This document shows, piece by piece, positions 60,709 through 64,000 of a stretch of 64,000 nt of DNA (position 1 is the stretch's first letter; every line of letters starts with the position of its first letter). This DNA is from the human T2T-CHM13v2.0 reference genome, Homo sapiens. The stretch lies in assembly GCF_009914755.1 (NCBI RefSeq), contig NC_060932.1. One strand, given 5' to 3'. The position numbers and the translations under genes were made by a program. The notes under the pieces were generated by a model that saw only the letters and a program-made list of their open reading frames with translations, searched no databases and was not told where the DNA came from.

Positions 60709-61017
60709 TTTCATTTTCTTATTACCCAAAGAATGACACCGTCTCTCAAGAAAGTACAAAAGAAGGCAGGAGACACCATCTTTGTAGGCTGCTTTTTGCT
60801 TTCATTGAACACACTTGACAAATCTGAATTTTTCATTTTCCACCCATAAAGGCAAAGAAAATAAAATGGACAGAAAAAGACACTCCAAATTATTAGATGA
60901 ACCAGAAAATGAAATGAAAAGAGACAGAGAGTGGCACTGTAGACACGAATAATGATGGTAAAATATATCCTTAAAGTGAAATCTCAGGCTATTAGACCTC
61001 AGATGACACCATCCTAA

Positions 61018-61363
<346 letters not shown>

Positions 61364-61437
61364 AAAAAATGTCTTCTTAAGAACAAAAATGAAATACAGC
61401 ATTTTTGCCCTGTTAATCAACAGAAAGGATTTCATCA

Positions 61438-61792
<355 letters not shown>

Positions 61793-62214
61793 GGGCACAT
61801 GACTGCAGTGTTTCATTTTTAATTATGTTTGTGCCTCAAAATGTACTTGATACAAAGAGGTCGGCTACGTTTGCATTCTCATGAAAATTTTTAGTAAAGT
61901 TGTTTTTCACTATACTTTTATTCTCACTTCTGTAAAGTATTCACAGGATGACTTATGATATGAAAGTAAATAAATAATCCATTGGACATGGATGGTAAAT
62001 GGTGAAGACCATTTGTCCTGGCGTCCTGAGAACTGACGTCCAGGCAGAGTCCTGTCTACCTTCTAAAATTTTCTCTTGTTGTTCCAGTCCACCCAGAACT
62101 TTCTCTTCTCTGAATTATTATTCTAAGAACTTCCACCAAAACAGTTTGGAGGTTAATAGAGGTTAATACTTGCTTGGTTTCTTATCTAACCCAAATCATA
62201 AAGCTCTTTGAGGC

Positions 62215-62320
62215 AAAGACATTCATCCAACAAACACTCAAGTGCTGACAGGGACTGTGGCTGGCCATGGAGACACAATAGTAGGCAAATTAGACCTCAT
62301 CCCTGCCTTCATGGCATTTA
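62215..62320 (-). mobile_element. L2 3' end
   Basis: cattcatccaacaaacactcaagtgc...atccctgccttcatgg. Confidence 0.65.
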
Positions 62321-62369
62321 CCCAGGACCTTGGCTGTGCCAGTGCCAGAACTAGATCAAAGGAGAGTGC

Positions 62370-62525
62370 AGTGGAAAGGCTCAGAGCTTTAGTGTAGACA
62401 GACCTGGGTTTGAATTCTGTCATCACCACTTCCCATCTGTGGGACCTTGGGAAAATGTCTTCACCTCTCTGAACTATGTCCTATTTTATCTGAGAAGTCG
62501 AGATCCTATTTCCTTTCTTGAAAAG
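62370..62525 (+). mobile_element. MIR
   Basis: agacagacctgggtttgaattct...gaccttgggaaaatgtcttcacctctctga. Confidence 0.8.
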
Positions 62526-62527
62526 AT

Positions 62528-62901
62528 GAGTATGAATTTGCTAGGACTGCCATAGCAGAATGCTACAGACTGGGTGGCTTAAACAACTGATATTTATTTT
62601 CTCACCATTCAGGAGGCAGGAAGTCCAAGATCAAGGTGGCAGCAGGTTTGGTTGCTCCTGTGGTCTCTCTCTCGGGCTTGCAGACAGCCACCTTCTTGCT
62701 GTGTCCTCATGGCCTGCCCTCTGTGTGTGTGTCTCTTTCTGTTCTTGTTTTATGCCACCAGTCATAATGGACTAGGGTGTACCTATACGACTGTTTTTTA
62801 CCTTAATTGCCTCTTCAAAGGCCCTAACTCCAAACACAGTCACACTAGGGGTTAGGGCTTCAACATATGAATTTAAGGGAGACATAGTTCAGTCCATAAC
62901 A
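62528..62901 (-). mobile_element. MLT1A/B LTR
   Basis: acagactgggtggcttaaacaac...gaagtccaagatcaaggtg...ttcagtccataaca. Confidence 0.85.
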
Positions 62902-62928
62902 GAGTGTTATGAAGATTAATACATATAC

Positions 62929-63222
62929 TTTTTTTTAAGAGACAGTCTCACTCTGTTGCCTGGGCTGGAGTGTAATAGTGCAATCATATCTCACTGCAGC
63001 CTCAACCTCCTGGTCTCAAGCAATCCTCCCACCTCAGCCTACCAAGTAGCTTAGAGACTACAGGCACACATCACCACACTTGACTACTTTTCTCATTTTT
63101 TGTAGAGACAGGGATCTCGCTTTGTTGCCCAGGCTGGTTTCAAACTCCTGGCCTCAAGTGATTCTCCCACCTCAACTTCCCAAAGTGCTGGGATTATAGG
63201 CATGAGCCACAGCATCCTGCCA
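62929..63222 (-). mobile_element. AluJ SINE
   Basis: Antisense J-type Alu. Confidence 0.9.
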
Positions 63223-63345
63223 CAGCATATGCCTTATGTACATACCTAGTACACCACAGATGCTCAATGTAAAAGTATCTAATTGTCAGTTAAGGTATCT
63301 TGACACCCAAGTCAATATCCTTTTTGGAAAACTCTTTAAACAAGT

Positions 63346-63660
63346 TGATATGGTTTGGCTATGTCCCCACCCAAATCTCATCTTGAATTGTAGCTCCCAT
63401 AATTCCCACGTGTTGTGTGAGAGAGCCAGTGGGAGGTAATTGAATCATAGGGGTGGGTCTTTCTCATGCTGTTCTCATGATAGTGAGTAATTCTCATGAT
63501 ATCTGATGGTGTTATAAAGGGGAGTTCCCCTGCACACGCTCTCTTGCCTGCCACCGTGTAAGACGAGCCTTTGCTCCTCTTTCACCTTCAGCCATGATTG
63601 TGAGGCCTCCCCGACCATGTGGAACTGTGAGTCCATTAAACCTCTTTCCTTTATAAATTA
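63346..63660 (+). mobile_element. THE1 (C/D-like) LTR lacking its normal 3' terminus
   Basis: tgatatggtttggctatgtccccacccaaatctcatcttgaattgtagctccc...gtccattaaacctctttcctttataaatta. Confidence 0.92.
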
Positions 63661-63844
63661 GTCAGTCAGTGGGTAATTTATAAATTACACAGTCAGTGCT
63701 TAATAAATGATGTATCCTTGGACATGCCTAGTACAGTGGTGAGCATGTAGTAAGTAATCAGGGCACATCCGGTGACTGACTCTATCAGGGAACTGGGTTG
63801 TTTTCACACACAGGCTTGTAAGGAATAGGAGAGAAAATACCACA

Positions 63845-64000
63845 TTTGAGGTCTGAAGAACTGAATACAAGTGTAGATTCTGCTCCTTAGCAGCACATAA
63901 GCTTGAGATGCTACTTCATCTAAAACCCATTTCCTCACTTGTCAGAAGAGAATAATCACACCTCTTTTGCACAGTTGCTTTGAAGCCTAAATGAGATAAT
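63845..64000 (+). mobile_element. MIR
   Basis: cccatttcctcacttgtcagaagagaataat...cctaaatgagataat. Confidence 0.65.

Overview
Human genomic DNA, shown by human-specific AluYb8 and L1HS pre-Ta insertions. The window is repeat-dense and intergenic or intronic in character. I see no intact protein-coding gene, CpG island or RNA gene; nearly all ORF-track entries are chance ORFs in Alu, LTR, L1 or simple repeats. Gene-derived content is limited to three things: a full-length, disabled processed RPL5 pseudogene (57775-58800, with TSDs), a near-full-length Tigger1 with a broken transposase (40376-43060), and a probable piggyBac-family (Looper-like) fossil (~59230-61990) whose N-terminal transposase remnant can be reassembled across younger insertions. 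Other points of note are two very young insertions <1 kb apart, several three-level nested transposon stacks, candidate TE-derived regulatory elements (LTR12F NF-Y array, (GGAA)15, MLT2A, LTR10C), and several local templated-copy or fold-back scars that repeat annotation would not explain. I did not find a convincing new gene system. Repeat subfamily names were recognised by eye from recalled consensus sequences and need RepeatMasker/Dfam confirmation.
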